Shown piece by piece: positions 22,426 to 33,259 of a stretch of DNA of 64,000 nucleotides. Every line of letters starts with the position of its first letter. The stretch's first letter is position 1. The notes under the pieces were generated by a model that was not told where the DNA came from, ran no database searches, and saw only the letters and a program-made list of their open reading frames with translations. A program made the position numbers and the translations under genes. The DNA is from an uncultured Synergistia bacterium (lineage in GTDB: Bacteria; Synergistota; Synergistia; CAYRKT01), in the NCBI GenBank assembly GCA_964425005.1, contig CAYRKT010000001.1, positions 13,644 through 77,643 on the forward strand, given 5' to 3'.

Positions 22426-22653
22426 TTGCCTGCGAAGGGTTACGTCAAGATCGACGAGGAGAGGTGCAAGTCCTGCGAGCTTTGCGTGGCCGTTTGCCCC
22501 AAGAAGGTGCTCAGGGTCTCGGACAGGATAAACTCGTCCGGCTATCAACCGGTGGAACAGCACGAGGACGGGTGCATAGCCTGCGGGATGTGCGCCACCA
22601 TGTGCCCTGACGTGGCGATCGAGGTCTACAGGTACGAAGAAGAGGGCGAATGA
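22426..22653 (+). CDS. 2-oxoacid:ferredoxin oxidoreductase delta subunit (2x[4Fe-4S] ferredoxin)
   Basis: Two CxxCxxCxxxCP motifs in 75 aa. TTG start with a GGGGG RBS. Confidence 0.8.
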   Translation: MPAKGYVKIDEERCKSCELCVAVCPKKVLRVSDRINSSGYQPVEQHEDGCIACGMCATMCPDVAIEVYRYEEEGE

Positions 22654-23732
22654 AGCGGACTTCGGGGGGTGAAAAGCTCATGGGGAAGGTTCTGATGAAG
22701 GGCAACGAGGTCTTCGCCGAGGCGGCCATACAGGCAGGGTGTAGGTACTTCTTCGGTTACCCCATAACCCCTCAGAACGAGATACCGGAGTACATGTCCA
22801 GAAGGTTACCAGAGGTAGGGGGCGTCTACCTCCAGGCCGAGAGCGAGGTGGCCGCCATCAACATGATATTCGGAGCCGCTGCCACCGGAGCTCGCGTGAT
22901 GACCTCCTCCTCGGGCCCCGGCATATCCCTGATGCAGGAGGGGATATCCTACATAGCGGGAGCCGAGCTCCCGTGCCTGATAGTGAACGTCATGAGGGCT
23001 GGACCCGGTCTAGGGGGTATACTGCCCTCCCAGTCGGACTACTTCCAGGCTACCAAGGGAGGGGGACACGGGGACTACAGGCTCTTGGTGCTAGCCCCCA
23101 GCACCCTTCAGGAAGCGGCTGATCTCATATACGTCTCCTTCGACCTAGCTGAGTTCTACAGGAACCCGGTGATGGTGCTGGCCGATGGGTTCCTCGGACA
23201 GATGATGGAGTCCGTGGAGTTCAGAAAGGTAGAAAGCGGTGTGACTCCGCCGGACCCGAGGGAGTGGGCCGTGGGCTACGCTAAGGAGAGGGGCAAGAGA
23301 GCCCTGATCAAATCGCTATATCTGAACCCCGAGGAGCTGGAGAGGCACAACCTCAAGCTCAAGGCCAAGTACGACGCCATGAGGGAGAGGGAGATCAGGT
23401 TCGAGGAGTACATGTTGGAGGACGCCGAGCTGATGCTGGTGGCCTACGGCACTTGCGCCAGGATAGCCAAGACCGCCGTCAAGGAGCTCAGGGACAAAGG
23501 CGTCAGGGTCGGCCTTTTCAGGCCCATATCCCTGTTCCCGTTCCCCTACGAGCAGATATACGTGTGGGCCGAGAGGGTGAGGAGGATAGGCGTGGTGGAG
23601 ATGAGCACAGGGCAGATGCTGGAGGACGTCCTCTGCGCTGCTGCCAGAAGGTGTCCCGTTGAGTTCTACGGAAGGGTAGGCGGAATGGTGCCCAGCGTGG
23701 CAGAGGTAGTGGAGTTCGCCGCTCGTCTATAG
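22650..23732 (+). CDS. 2-oxoacid:ferredoxin oxidoreductase alpha subunit
   Basis: KorA/PorA family ([10 protein letters not shown]...[13 protein letters not shown]...). Substrate (pyruvate, 2-oxoglutarate or 2-oxoisovalerate) cannot be resolved. Confidence 0.85.
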   Translation: MKRTSGGEKLMGKVLMKGNEVFAEAAIQAGCRYFFGYPITPQNEIPEYMSRRLPEVGGVYLQAESEVAAINMIFGAAATGARVMTSSSGPGISLMQEGISYIAGAELPCLIVNVMRAGPGLGGILPSQSDYFQATKGGGHGDYRLLVLAPSTLQEAADLIYVSFDLAEFYRNPVMVLADGFLGQMMESVEFRKVESGVTPPDPREWAVGYAKERGKRALIKSLYLNPEELERHNLKLKAKYDAMREREIRFEEYMLEDAELMLVAYGTCARIAKTAVKELRDKGVRVGLFRPISLFPFPYEQIYVWAERVRRIGVVEMSTGQMLEDVLCAAARRCPVEFYGRVGGMVPSVAEVVEFAARL

Positions 23733-23740
23733 CAGGGGGT

Positions 23741-24493
23741 GTGGTCATGAAGGCGGTTAAGGTTTTCGGAAGGCCCAGGAGCATGTTCGACGTCAAGACC
23801 CACTATTGCCCAGGGTGCACCCACGGGATAGTTCACCGACTCGTGGCCGAGTGCATAGACGAGCTGGGGATACAGGATAGAACCGTGGGCGTAGCTCCGG
23901 TGGGTTGCTCGGTCCTGCTATACAACTACGTAAACTGCGACATGTACGAGGCAGCTCATGGAAGGGCTCCAGCGGTGGCCACAGGGGTGAAGAGGGTTAG
24001 GCCCGATCTAGTGGTGTTCACCTACCAGGGCGATGGAGATCTGGCTTCCATAGGTACGGCCGAGATAGTGCACGCCGCCAACAGAGGGGAGAACATCACC
24101 GTGATCTTCATCAACAACGGCATATACGGCATGACCGGAGGCCAGATGGCCCCCACCACCTTGCCCGGGCAGAGGGCTACCACCGCCCCCTCCGGGAGGG
24201 ACCCAAAGTTGTCGGGATACCCCATAAGGATGAGCGAGATGTTGGCCCAGCTCGAGGCGCCGGGCTATATAGCCAGGGTGACGGTAGTCCAGCCAAGGTA
24301 CGTCCTCAAGGCTAAGGAGGCCATAAAGAGGGCTTTCCAGGTCCAAATGGCCGGTAAAGGCTTCTCCATGGTGGAGGTCCTCTCCACCTGTCCCACCGGT
24401 TGGGGGTTGAGCCCCAACGAATCCTTGAAGAGGGTCGTCGAGAAGGTCATGCCCTACTACCAGCTGGGCGAGTTCAAGAACGTGGAGCTGTAG
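23741..24493 (+). CDS. 2-oxoacid:ferredoxin oxidoreductase beta subunit (TPP-binding)
   Basis: CPGC..G motif and TPP-binding GDG motif. Confidence 0.85.
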   Translation: MVMKAVKVFGRPRSMFDVKTHYCPGCTHGIVHRLVAECIDELGIQDRTVGVAPVGCSVLLYNYVNCDMYEAAHGRAPAVATGVKRVRPDLVVFTYQGDGDLASIGTAEIVHAANRGENITVIFINNGIYGMTGGQMAPTTLPGQRATTAPSGRDPKLSGYPIRMSEMLAQLEAPGYIARVTVVQPRYVLKAKEAIKRAFQVQMAGKGFSMVEVLSTCPTGWGLSPNESLKRVVEKVMPYYQLGEFKNVEL

Positions 24494-24506
24494 GTGGTGA
24501 TCGACC

Positions 24507-25055
24507 TTGGCTTCCTCGAAGAGCTTGATAGCGGCCGGTTTCGGAGGACAGGGGCTTCTAATGCTGGGGAGGATCGTGGCTTACGCTGGGATGAAGGAGG
24601 GATACCACGTCACCTGGATGCCCTCCTATGGGCCCGAGATGCGCGGCGGCACGGCGAACTGCACCGTGATAATATCCGATCAGGAGATAGGAGCCCCTAT
24701 AGTGGAGAGGCCTGACTGCGCCGTAGTGCTCAACAAGCCCTCCTTCATCAAGTACGAGCCCAAGGTGCTGGCTGGCGGAGTGCTGGTGGTAAACACCGAC
24801 ATGGTGGACGTGAGAAGCTCCAGGAAGGACTTAAGGGTCGTGGAGGTTCCCTGTAGCTCCATCGCCATAGAGTTGGGCAACCCGAGGGTCTTGAACATGG
24901 TGGCGCTGGGGGCATTGGTGGAGTCGTCCGGGCTGGTTGGGGTTGAGAGCTGCGCGAAAGCCATAGAGGAGATCTTCTCCGAGAAGGCCTCCCTCGTGGA
25001 GATCAACTTAAAGGCCTTCCACAGGGGGCGCGAGGCGGTCAGGGGAACCCTTTAG
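24507..25055 (+). CDS. 2-oxoacid:ferredoxin oxidoreductase gamma subunit
   Basis: Gamma-subunit family (AGFGGQGLLMLGRI...GPEMRGGTANC). Confidence 0.85.
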   Translation: MASSKSLIAAGFGGQGLLMLGRIVAYAGMKEGYHVTWMPSYGPEMRGGTANCTVIISDQEIGAPIVERPDCAVVLNKPSFIKYEPKVLAGGVLVVNTDMVDVRSSRKDLRVVEVPCSSIAIELGNPRVLNMVALGALVESSGLVGVESCAKAIEEIFSEKASLVEINLKAFHRGREAVRGTL

Positions 25056-25067
25056 GGGGAGAGCGCC

Positions 25068-25595
25068 TTGGAGAGGAAGCTCAGGGAGGAGCTGATCTAC
25101 CGAGGGAGGATATTGAGCCTTCGCCGCGACGAAGTCATCTTGCCCCACGGTGGGATCGCCGGCAGGGAGGTGGTGGAGCACCTCCCTGCCGTGGCTGTGC
25201 TGCCCGTCCTCGACGGTCGCGTCCTGTTGGTAAGGCAGTTCCGATACGCCGTAGGGGAGGAGCTGTTGGAGGTCCCCGCTGGACTTCTCAAGGAGGGAGA
25301 GTCGCCGGAGGAGTGCGCCGTCAGGGAGATGCGGGAGGAGACGGGCTATAGGCCTCTCTCCCTCAAAAAGGTTTTGACCTTCTACACCTCTCCGGGCTTC
25401 TCCGACGAGGTGGTTCACCTCTACTTCTGCGACGAGATGGTCGAGGACCCGCTACCTCAGGACGACGACGAGGGGGTCACCTTGTCGCCTTTTCCGATCG
25501 AAGACCTGAGGGATGGTTTGAGGTCTGGCCTGTTCAAGGATGCCAAGACCATCCTGGCCTTGAGCTGGCTTTTGACGGAGGTGGGAAGAGGATGA
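25068..25595 (+). CDS. NUDIX hydrolase (ADP-ribose pyrophosphatase-like)
   Basis: Nudix box (GLLKEGESPEECAVREMREETGY). Confidence 0.8.
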   Translation: MERKLREELIYRGRILSLRRDEVILPHGGIAGREVVEHLPAVAVLPVLDGRVLLVRQFRYAVGEELLEVPAGLLKEGESPEECAVREMREETGYRPLSLKKVLTFYTSPGFSDEVVHLYFCDEMVEDPLPQDDDEGVTLSPFPIEDLRDGLRSGLFKDAKTILALSWLLTEVGRG

Positions 25596-26119
25596 AAGCT
25601 TCCGGCCTTAGGTCTGCGGTGTTGGTGGAGAAGGAGTTCCAGGACCTGGAGGTAACTTACCCCTACTACAGGCTTAAGGAAGCGGGCGTATCCACGTTCC
25701 TCGTGGGTACGAGGGCAGGCGAAAGGGTGGCGGGAAAGTTCGGCTACCCAGTGGTGGTGGAGATGGGGCTGGACGAGGCCATGGGGTCGAGGTTCGACTG
25801 CGTGGTGATCCCGGGAGGATGGGCTCCGGACCACATGAGAAGGGATCCCAGGTTCGTCGAGCTCGTGAGGAAGTGCTGGGACGAGGGATCTGTCGTGGCT
25901 TCTATATGTCACGGAGGTTGGCTTTTGGCCTCGGCTGGAATAGCTAGGGGCAAGAGGCTAACCAGCTTCTTCGCAATAAGGGACGACCTGGTGAACGCTG
26001 GGGCGATCTGGGTGGACGAGGAGGTCGTGGTGGACGGCAATCTGGTCACCTCGAGGAAGCCGGACGATCTGCCGGCCTTCATGAGGGCCGTCCTGGACCT
26101 CTTGGCCAGGAGGGGGTGA
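25592..26119 (+). CDS. DJ-1/PfpI family protein
   Basis: PfpI fold with a nucleophile-elbow Cys (ICHGGWLLA). Confidence 0.8.
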   Translation: MKASGLRSAVLVEKEFQDLEVTYPYYRLKEAGVSTFLVGTRAGERVAGKFGYPVVVEMGLDEAMGSRFDCVVIPGGWAPDHMRRDPRFVELVRKCWDEGSVVASICHGGWLLASAGIARGKRLTSFFAIRDDLVNAGAIWVDEEVVVDGNLVTSRKPDDLPAFMRAVLDLLARRG

Positions 26120-26994
26120 TCCCCTTGTCGGGAGAGGAGAGGGCTCGGTGGATTTGCGAGTTGCTCAGAAGGGCCGCGGTGAGGGCACCCAGGTTCGTCA
26201 AAGAGTCCCTGATCAAGGTTAAGGAACGCGAGGAGGGGCACGCGAGGGCCCAGATCGAGAGCATCCTGGAGAACCTCGAGATGGCGGAAGCTGAGGGCGT
26301 CCCGCTGTGCCAGGACACGGGCCTTCCCTTCTTTTTCGTCCAGTTTGGGACCGACGTTTCCTCGGAGGAGCTTGGGGCCTGGCTTTCAGCTCTGGAGGGT
26401 GGGGTTAAACTTGCCACGGAATCGGTCCCTTTGAGGCCCAACGCAGTAGATCCGCTCTCCAGGGCCAACAGCGGCGACAACCTGGGCAGGGGTATGCCCA
26501 TGGTGGACCTGGAGCTATACCCTGCGATGCGGGGGATGAGGATCCAGGTGACCATCAAGGGGGCTGGGAGCGAGAACATGACCGCCTTAAAGCTGTTCTC
26601 CCCGGGGGCCAAGTGGAGAGAGATCGAGCTTTGGGTTCTCGAGAGGGTCCTGGAGGCAGGCGGCAAGCCCTGCCCTCCGACCTTCCTGGGCCTGGGGGTT
26701 GGGGGGACAGCGGCGCTCTCCCTGAAGCTCGCCGAGAGGGCCTTGCTCCGCGCGCCCTCTAGGAACGAGGACGCCTCGATAGCGCTTCTAGAGGAGGAGC
26801 TCTTCGAGCTCGTGAACGAGCTGGGCGTGGGTCCCATGGGCCTCGGAGGGAACACCACGGTCCTGGGGACCTTCGTCGAGGTGGCCAACACGCACACCGC
26901 CACCCTCCCCGTGGCCCTGAAGTTCTGTTGCTGGGCTTACAGGAGGGCTTCGCTCAGGGTATCGGGAGAAGAGGCCTGGCTGGAGGACATGTAA
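26116..26994 (+). CDS. Fe-S class I fumarate hydratase, alpha subunit (TtdA/FumA N-domain type)
   Basis: Match to the hydro-lyase Fe-S alpha family (LCQDTGLPFFFVQFG). Confidence 0.8.
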   Translation: MIPLSGEERARWICELLRRAAVRAPRFVKESLIKVKEREEGHARAQIESILENLEMAEAEGVPLCQDTGLPFFFVQFGTDVSSEELGAWLSALEGGVKLATESVPLRPNAVDPLSRANSGDNLGRGMPMVDLELYPAMRGMRIQVTIKGAGSENMTALKLFSPGAKWREIELWVLERVLEAGGKPCPPTFLGLGVGGTAALSLKLAERALLRAPSRNEDASIALLEEELFELVNELGVGPMGLGGNTTVLGTFVEVANTHTATLPVALKFCCWAYRRASLRVSGEEAWLEDM

Positions 26995-27012
26995 TCGGGG
27001 GGTGTTTGAGGT

Positions 27013-27621
27013 ATGGGCTTTGCTCTGTTCAGGGGCGAAGGTCGTCTGCCGGTGGAAGATCTGAGGGATCTCAAGGTAGGAGAGGTGGTGCACTTAGACG
27101 GCGTCCTTTACACCGCCAGGGACAAGGCACACAGGAGGATGCTCGATTTCCTGGACTCGGGCCTGGAGATCCCCTTCTCGCCCTCTTCGGGGGTCATGTT
27201 TCACTGCGGCCCGATAGTCCTTAGGGAGGGAGACTCTTACAGGGTCCTCGCAGCCGGTCCCACCACCAGCGCCAGGATGGACCCGTTCGAGCCCAGGGTC
27301 ATAAAGGAGCTGGGCGTCAGGGCCATAGTCGGCAAGGGGGGTATGTCCTCGGATGTGGCAAAATCGTTGAGGGAGGTAGGTGGCGTTTACCTCTCCTTCA
27401 CCGGGGGTTGCGCCGTCAAGGCCGCGAGGGCGGTGAAAGAGGTCTTGGCCCTCCTGTGGGAGGACCTTGGGATGGCCGAAGCCGTGTGGGTGTTCCGAGT
27501 GGAGGATTTCGGGCCCCTTATAGTCTCGATGGATGCGCACGGAGGGAACATCTTCGAGGACGTGGAGAGAAGGGGTAGGGAGCGCCTTCGGGCCATCGTA
27601 GAGAGGGGTAGGAGTTCCTGA
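27013..27621 (+). CDS. Fe-S class I fumarate hydratase, beta subunit
   Basis: Beta/C-terminal domain family (GPTTSARMDPFEP...VGKGGMS). Confidence 0.8.
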   Translation: MGFALFRGEGRLPVEDLRDLKVGEVVHLDGVLYTARDKAHRRMLDFLDSGLEIPFSPSSGVMFHCGPIVLREGDSYRVLAAGPTTSARMDPFEPRVIKELGVRAIVGKGGMSSDVAKSLREVGGVYLSFTGGCAVKAARAVKEVLALLWEDLGMAEAVWVFRVEDFGPLIVSMDAHGGNIFEDVERRGRERLRAIVERGRSS

Positions 27622-27986
27622 TGAGAAGGGGGAACACCATATTCATAGCCGCCTATGCCAGGCTCCCCAAGGATATCCCGGCTTACGCCCTTTACAACAG
27701 CGTCGGCGTCTACGCTGAGGTGGACGTGGACACAGGCGTCATAGTGGACGCGGACGTCTCCTTCTACTCACAGGTCTCCATAAACATGGTCAAGTCCATA
27801 CTCAAAGGGGCGAACATCGTGTACGAGAGGGGGAGGATCGTGGAGGAGCTGGAGATGAGGTATTGGGGAGGAGCGCGAAAGGCCCTGATAACTGCAGTGA
27901 AGAGGCTGTTCGAGAGGTTCGACGAGGTAATGAGTCTCTTGGAGAGAGAGGCAACCCCCGACCTGACCGACGACTACAGGATCTAG
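27621..27986 (+). CDS. Hypothetical protein (DUF3870-like?)
   Basis: Coding statistics fit the genome. Weak resemblance to small DUF proteins. No motif confirmed. Confidence 0.45.
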   Translation: MRRGNTIFIAAYARLPKDIPAYALYNSVGVYAEVDVDTGVIVDADVSFYSQVSINMVKSILKGANIVYERGRIVEELEMRYWGGARKALITAVKRLFERFDEVMSLLEREATPDLTDDYRI

Positions 27987-28251
27987 GGCAATTTGAGCTA
28001 ATCGTTAATGATTTTTTAGTTTAGTTGATTTTGACTTTATCTTTGAGAATTCTAAGAGGGTTCTTTTATCCCTCTTGACTTTTCCTTCTCCTTGTGAAAA
28101 ATCTGACTCAGTAGCAGGTTCTCCCCTTGTCCTCTTCCCTCCTCGGGGGACAAGCTGATCCTGCGAGGAACAGGTTCCGCGGGTTTGCCCCCTGTTGGTT
28201 ATCCCTGTCGGTAGCTGTGCTTCCATATTCTTCGCGAGAGGAGGGCAAAGC

Positions 28252-29406
28252 ATGGATATCCTCGCCAAGTTGATGAAGGATCCCATCTTCGTCATGACCC
28301 TGCCCGTTTTGGTTGGGGTGCTGATAGGGCAGATCAAGGTAGGCAGGTTCAGCCTGGAGACCTCTGGGGCTCTTTTCGCCGGGCTGGTGATGGGCGCGTT
28401 GGGCTATAGTGCTCCAAAGGGATTTTTCAACTTCAACCTGACCCTCTTCGTCGTGGCCGTCGGTCTGCTCTCGGCGGGCGACATGGTGAACGTCATCAAG
28501 AGGTATGGCTTCAAGTTCGCCTTCCTGGGCGCTTTCATCACCTTCGTCGGGGCGTTCATAACTTACCTTCTGGCCATATTCTTCCGCGGTAGCGCCAGCG
28601 CTCATCTGATCGGGGGAACTTACACCGGAGCTCTGACCAGCTCGCCTGGGCTTGCAGCCGCCCTCGAGGTGACCAAAAACAACCCTGAGGTCACGGTGGG
28701 GCACAGCATAGCTTATCCCTTCGGCGTCCTTGCCGTCATCCTTTTCGTCCAGTTCGCGCCTATTCTGTTCGGCATAGACGTGGACAAAGAGAGGGAGCAG
28801 TTCAAGGTGGACCTGGAGAAGATGAGAGGGGCTTCCAAGGAGTCCCAGGGCAAAGCCTCGGCCGCCTTCTCGATAGCCGCCTTCGCCTTCTGCATAGTGG
28901 TCGGCTACTTGCTCGGCTCCATCAAGGTACCCCTCGGTGGAAAGCTGTCGGTCAGCCTGGGCACCACCGGCGGTGGCCTGATAGCTGCGCTGATCCTCGG
29001 CTCCATAGGCAAGGTGGGACCGCTGAACATGAGGATGGACGGCAAGTCCCTGGGCGCCATAAGGACTATAGGCCTGGCCTATTTCCTGGCGATAGTGGGG
29101 TTGGAGGCGGGGGGAGAGGTCATCAAGACCGTCAAGGAGCACGGATTTCTCCTGATCGCCATAGGCCTGTTGTCCGCCTTTGGAGCGGAGATCGCCGGCT
29201 ACCTGGTGGCCAGGTACGCGTGGAAGATGAACTGGATACTCCTGGCGGGAGCTATATGCGGCGGCATGACCAGCACCCCTGGCCTCGGAGCCGCTATAGA
29301 CGCGACCAAGACGGAGGACGTGGCGGTGGGCTACGGCGCCACCTATCCGGTGGCCTTGCTCGGCATGGTGGTCTTCACCTCCCTATTGCACATACTCCTC
29401 GGATAG
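28252..29406 (+). CDS. AAE-family (Asp-Al_Ex/AspT/SucE-like) transporter
   Basis: Two internally repeated 5-6 TM halves with GxG-rich loops, as in aspartate:alanine exchanger and succinate exporter family members. ATG at 28252 with a GAGAGGAGGG RBS. Confidence 0.7.
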   Translation: MDILAKLMKDPIFVMTLPVLVGVLIGQIKVGRFSLETSGALFAGLVMGALGYSAPKGFFNFNLTLFVVAVGLLSAGDMVNVIKRYGFKFAFLGAFITFVGAFITYLLAIFFRGSASAHLIGGTYTGALTSSPGLAAALEVTKNNPEVTVGHSIAYPFGVLAVILFVQFAPILFGIDVDKEREQFKVDLEKMRGASKESQGKASAAFSIAAFAFCIVVGYLLGSIKVPLGGKLSVSLGTTGGGLIAALILGSIGKVGPLNMRMDGKSLGAIRTIGLAYFLAIVGLEAGGEVIKTVKEHGFLLIAIGLLSAFGAEIAGYLVARYAWKMNWILLAGAICGGMTSTPGLGAAIDATKTEDVAVGYGATYPVALLGMVVFTSLLHILLG

Positions 29407-29439
29407 GTTGCCAAGACACATGTCGGAGGTGAGCGCAAG

Positions 29440-30972
29440 ATGATGGACATAAAGGACAGGGTCAGGTGCAAGGGGCTTCACGCCGTCATCATGGGACCCG
29501 AGGAAGCCGCTGATTTCGTCAAGGACGGCTTCACGATAGGGGCAAGCGGTTTCACCCCATCCGGGTATCCCAAGGTCGTTCCCATGGAGATAGCCAGGCG
29601 AAAGAGGATATCGGGCTCCCCTTCCAACCTCACCCTCTGGACGGGTGCCTCGGTCGGACCGGAGCTGGACGGGGAGCTCACCACCTCTGGAGCACTTCGA
29701 AAGCGCTTTCCCTATCAGACCAACGAGGAGATCCGAAAGGCCATAAACGAGGGCTCTGTTCTCTTCCAGGATATACATCTCTCCCATTGCTCCCAGAACG
29801 TGAGGTATGGGTTCTTCGGCAAGATAGACGTCGCGATAGTGGAGGCGGTGGCCATAACGGAGGAGGGAGGCATAGTGCCCTCCACCTCTGTCGGCAACAC
29901 CCCCACCTTCGTCAAAATGGCGGATAAAGTCATAGTCGAGGTCAACGTCTGCCAACCCCTCTCTCTGGAGGGCATCCACGACATCTACGTGCCGGCCGAT
30001 CCTCCTCACAGGGAGCCAATACCCATAACCAAGGTCAGCGACAGGATAGGTACCCCCTACATCCCATGTGATCCTTCGAAGATAGTGGCCATAGTGCCCT
30101 CCAACGTCCCCGATAAGCAGAGGCCGCTGGCCCCCGTCGACGAGATAAGCGCTAAGATGGCCAGAAACCTGTTGGACTTCCTGGAGGTAGAGGTCTCCTC
30201 GGGTAGACTGAGCAGGGACCTCCTCCCTCTGCAGTCCGGCGTAGGGGAGGTGGCGAACGCCGTGCTAGCTGGGTTCCTGGAGTGGCCCAGCGAAAACCTC
30301 CAGGTCTACACCGAGGTCATCCAGGACTCCATGCTGGACCTGATAGACAGGGGGAAGGTCTCCTTCGCCTCTGGAACCTCCTTCACGCCGAGCCCCGAGG
30401 GAGCTAAGCGGATGTACGCCAACATAGATTGCTACAGGAAGAAGGTCGTCCTGAGGCCTCAGGAGATAAGCAACCACCCCGAGGTCATAAGACGGCTTGG
30501 CGTGATAGCTATGAACACGGCGGTGGAGGTGGATATCTACGGACACGTCAACTCCACCATGGCCTTAGGGTCCAAGATGATAAACGGCATAGGGGGGTCC
30601 GGCGACTTCGCCCGAAACGCTTACCTCACCGTGTTCCTGACCCCATCGACGGCCAAGGAGGGCAAGATATCCCGCATAGTTCCGTTCTGCTCCCACATAG
30701 ACCATACAGAGCACGACGTGGACGTGGTGGTGACCGAGTGGGGCGTGGCAGACCTCAGGGGGCTCACGCCCAGGGAGAGGAGCAGGGAGATCATAAACAA
30801 GTGCGCCCATCCCGACTACAGACCTCTCCTCCTGGACTACCTCAAGAAGGCCGAGAACATGGGCGGACACGAACCCCACAACCTGAAGGAGGCCTTCTCG
30901 TTCCACCTGAGGCTCATCCAGCACGGCTCGATGTTCTACTCCAAAGAGCCCGTGGCCGCCGATGCGGAGTAG
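29440..30972 (+). CDS. Acetyl-CoA hydrolase/transferase family protein (succinyl-CoA:acetate or propionate CoA-transferase-like)
   Basis: Cat1/ScpC family N- and C-terminal domains (GASGFTPSGYP..., GIGGSGDFARNAY). Confidence 0.85.
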   Translation: MMDIKDRVRCKGLHAVIMGPEEAADFVKDGFTIGASGFTPSGYPKVVPMEIARRKRISGSPSNLTLWTGASVGPELDGELTTSGALRKRFPYQTNEEIRKAINEGSVLFQDIHLSHCSQNVRYGFFGKIDVAIVEAVAITEEGGIVPSTSVGNTPTFVKMADKVIVEVNVCQPLSLEGIHDIYVPADPPHREPIPITKVSDRIGTPYIPCDPSKIVAIVPSNVPDKQRPLAPVDEISAKMARNLLDFLEVEVSSGRLSRDLLPLQSGVGEVANAVLAGFLEWPSENLQVYTEVIQDSMLDLIDRGKVSFASGTSFTPSPEGAKRMYANIDCYRKKVVLRPQEISNHPEVIRRLGVIAMNTAVEVDIYGHVNSTMALGSKMINGIGGSGDFARNAYLTVFLTPSTAKEGKISRIVPFCSHIDHTEHDVDVVVTEWGVADLRGLTPRERSREIINKCAHPDYRPLLLDYLKKAENMGGHEPHNLKEAFSFHLRLIQHGSMFYSKEPVAADAE

Positions 30973-31118
30973 GAACAATTTGATAGACAAATTTTAAAGT
31001 TGAGTCTTTATTTGGACTTGACGTGTCTCTTTCCTTCGCAATCCACCGTTGTATAATGGTGGTTGGCCTCGATCGGAAGCCGTAAGAACGGCCAAAAGAG
31101 GAAGGGGGGCAGATCGAG

Positions 31119-32801
31119 TTGTTCGATCCAGAGAGGTTAAAGGCCATAGAAGCCGAGAAGGAGAAGTGGGATCAGCGGGTTCAAAAGTCGTTGCAGAAGG
31201 CTCCCGAGAGGAAAGAGCACTTCACCACTGGTTCCGGCATACCCGTCGAGCGGGTCTATCTGCCGAACCACGTGAAGGACCTCGATTACATGAGGGACCT
31301 GGGCATGCCCGGCGAGTACCCCTTCACGAGGGGCGTCCAGAACACCATGTACAGGGGAAGGTTCTGGACGATGCGCCAGTACGCGGGCTTTGCCACCGCT
31401 GAGGAGTCCAACAAGAGGTATCGTTACCTCCTGGAGCAGGGCCAGACCGGGCTCAGCGTGGCCTTCGATCTCCCCACGCAGATAGGCTACGACTCCGACC
31501 ACCCGATGGCCAGAGGTGAGGTGGGCAAAGTCGGCGTCGCCATAGACTCCCTCAAGGACATGGAGATCCTTTTCGACGGCATCCCTCTTGACAAGGTCAG
31601 CACCTCCATGACCATAAACGCGCCAGCTGCGATACTGTGGGCCATGTACATCGCCGTGGCCGAGAAGCAGGGGGTAAAACCGGAGGAGCTGTCCGGCACC
31701 ATACAGAACGACATCCTCAAGGAGTACATAGCCAGGGGAACCTACATCTTCCCCCCCAAGCCCTCGATGCGCTTGATAACCGACATATTCGAGTTCGGCA
31801 GCCAGCACGTCCCCAAGTGGAACACCATCTCCATCTCCGGATATCACATAAGGGAGGCTGGTTCCACCGCGGTGCAAGAGGTGGCCTTCACCCTGGCGGA
31901 CGCGATAGCCTACGTGGAGGCGGCCATAAAGAAGGGGCTTGACCCCAACGTCTTCGGCGAGAGGCTTTCCTTCTTCTTCAACGCCCACAACGATTTCCTC
32001 GAGGAGATAGCCAAGTTCAGAGCGGCCAGAAGGCTTTGGGCGAAGATAATGAAGGAGCGCTTCAAGGTGACCAACCCCAGGGCCATGATGCTCCGCTTCC
32101 ACACCCAGACTGGCGGTTCCACCCTGACGGCCCAGCAACCCGAGAACAACATAATCAGGGTCACCATACAGGCGCTAGCTGCGGTGCTCGGCGGGACCCA
32201 GTCTTTGCACACCAACTCCTACGACGAGGCCCTGTGCCTGCCGACCGAAGAGTCGGTGAGGATAGCCCTGAGGACCCAGCAGATAATAGCCTACGAGAGC
32301 GGGGTCACCGAGACCATAGATCCGCTCGCCGGTTCCTACTACATAGAGTGGCTCACCAACGAGATAGAGCGCCAGGCCGAGGAGTACATCCGGAAGATCG
32401 ACGAGATGGGCGGCATGCTGGTGGCGATAGAGAAGGGCTACGTCCAGCAGGAGATCCAGGACAGCGCCTATCAATACCAGAAGAAGGTGGAGAACGGCGA
32501 GGCCGTCGTGGTAGGCGTGAACAAGTTCCAGATAAAAGAGGAGAACGTGAACAGGAAGATACTGAAGGTCGATCCCGCCGTGGAGGAGCTCCAGCGCAAG
32601 AAGCTAAAGGAACTAAAGGAGCAGAGGGACAACCTCAGGGTGAAGGCCGTCTTGGAGGACCTGAGGAAAGCCGCCATGGACGAGAGCGTCAACCTGATGC
32701 CCTACTTCATAGAGGCGGTCAAGGCCTACGCCACTGAGGGCGAGATATGCGGCGTACTCAGGGAGGTATTCGGGGAATACGTCGAGAACGTGGTCCTTTA
32801 A
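31119..32801 (+). CDS. Methylmalonyl-CoA mutase, catalytic (large) subunit
   Basis: MCM catalytic TIM-barrel domain ([23 protein letters not shown]...). TTG start. Confidence 0.9.
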   Translation: MFDPERLKAIEAEKEKWDQRVQKSLQKAPERKEHFTTGSGIPVERVYLPNHVKDLDYMRDLGMPGEYPFTRGVQNTMYRGRFWTMRQYAGFATAEESNKRYRYLLEQGQTGLSVAFDLPTQIGYDSDHPMARGEVGKVGVAIDSLKDMEILFDGIPLDKVSTSMTINAPAAILWAMYIAVAEKQGVKPEELSGTIQNDILKEYIARGTYIFPPKPSMRLITDIFEFGSQHVPKWNTISISGYHIREAGSTAVQEVAFTLADAIAYVEAAIKKGLDPNVFGERLSFFFNAHNDFLEEIAKFRAARRLWAKIMKERFKVTNPRAMMLRFHTQTGGSTLTAQQPENNIIRVTIQALAAVLGGTQSLHTNSYDEALCLPTEESVRIALRTQQIIAYESGVTETIDPLAGSYYIEWLTNEIERQAEEYIRKIDEMGGMLVAIEKGYVQQEIQDSAYQYQKKVENGEAVVVGVNKFQIKEENVNRKILKVDPAVEELQRKKLKELKEQRDNLRVKAVLEDLRKAAMDESVNLMPYFIEAVKAYATEGEICGVLREVFGEYVENVVL

Positions 32802-32813
32802 GGTCTGGGGGAG

Positions 32814-33251
32814 GTGCCGAACTTGTCCGAGGAGAGGAAGATCAGAGTTGTGATAGCTAAGCCTGGCCTGGACGGGCACGATCGAGGAGCGAAGGTGGTG
32901 GCCAGAGCCCTGCGGGACGCGGGCATGGAGGTCATATACACCGGCCTGAGGCAGACCCCCGAGCAGATAGTGGAGACCGCCATCCAGGAGGACGTGGACG
33001 CGATCGGCCTCTCCATCCTCTCGGGTGCGCACGAGTACTACTTCAGCAAGGTGATAGAGCTGCTTAAGGAGAGGGGGGCGGAGGACATAATAGTCTTCGG
33101 AGGCGGCGTCATACCGCCCGAGGACGTGCCCAGGTTGCTGGAGATAGGGGCTAAGGCCATATTCGGCCCTGGCACGCCCACGAGCCAGACCGTGGAGTGG
33201 CTCAAGAAAGCGGTGGAGGAGAAGAGGCGCAAGGAAAGCAGCGTGTCCTGA
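32814..33251 (+). CDS. Methylmalonyl-CoA mutase, B12-binding subunit
   Basis: Cobalamin-binding DxHxxG motif ([10 protein letters not shown]). Confidence 0.9.
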   Translation: MPNLSEERKIRVVIAKPGLDGHDRGAKVVARALRDAGMEVIYTGLRQTPEQIVETAIQEDVDAIGLSILSGAHEYYFSKVIELLKERGAEDIIVFGGGVIPPEDVPRLLEIGAKAIFGPGTPTSQTVEWLKKAVEEKRRKESSVS

Positions 33252-33259
33252 GGTGACTT

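Noticed and set aside
30973-31118. Adenosylcobalamin riboswitch upstream of the B12-dependent mutase
   Set aside because: The spacer is only about 145 nt and lacks a B12-box-like motif. It contains a TATAAT (31052-31057) within a CCACC/GGTGG hairpin. This is probably just a promoter, and I have low confidence even in that.
31137-32138. 333-aa minus-strand ORF inside the mutase gene
   Set aside because: Antisense artefact. The same applies to 28108..29142, 7408..8334, 6727..7395, 47627..48361 and 54209..54838.
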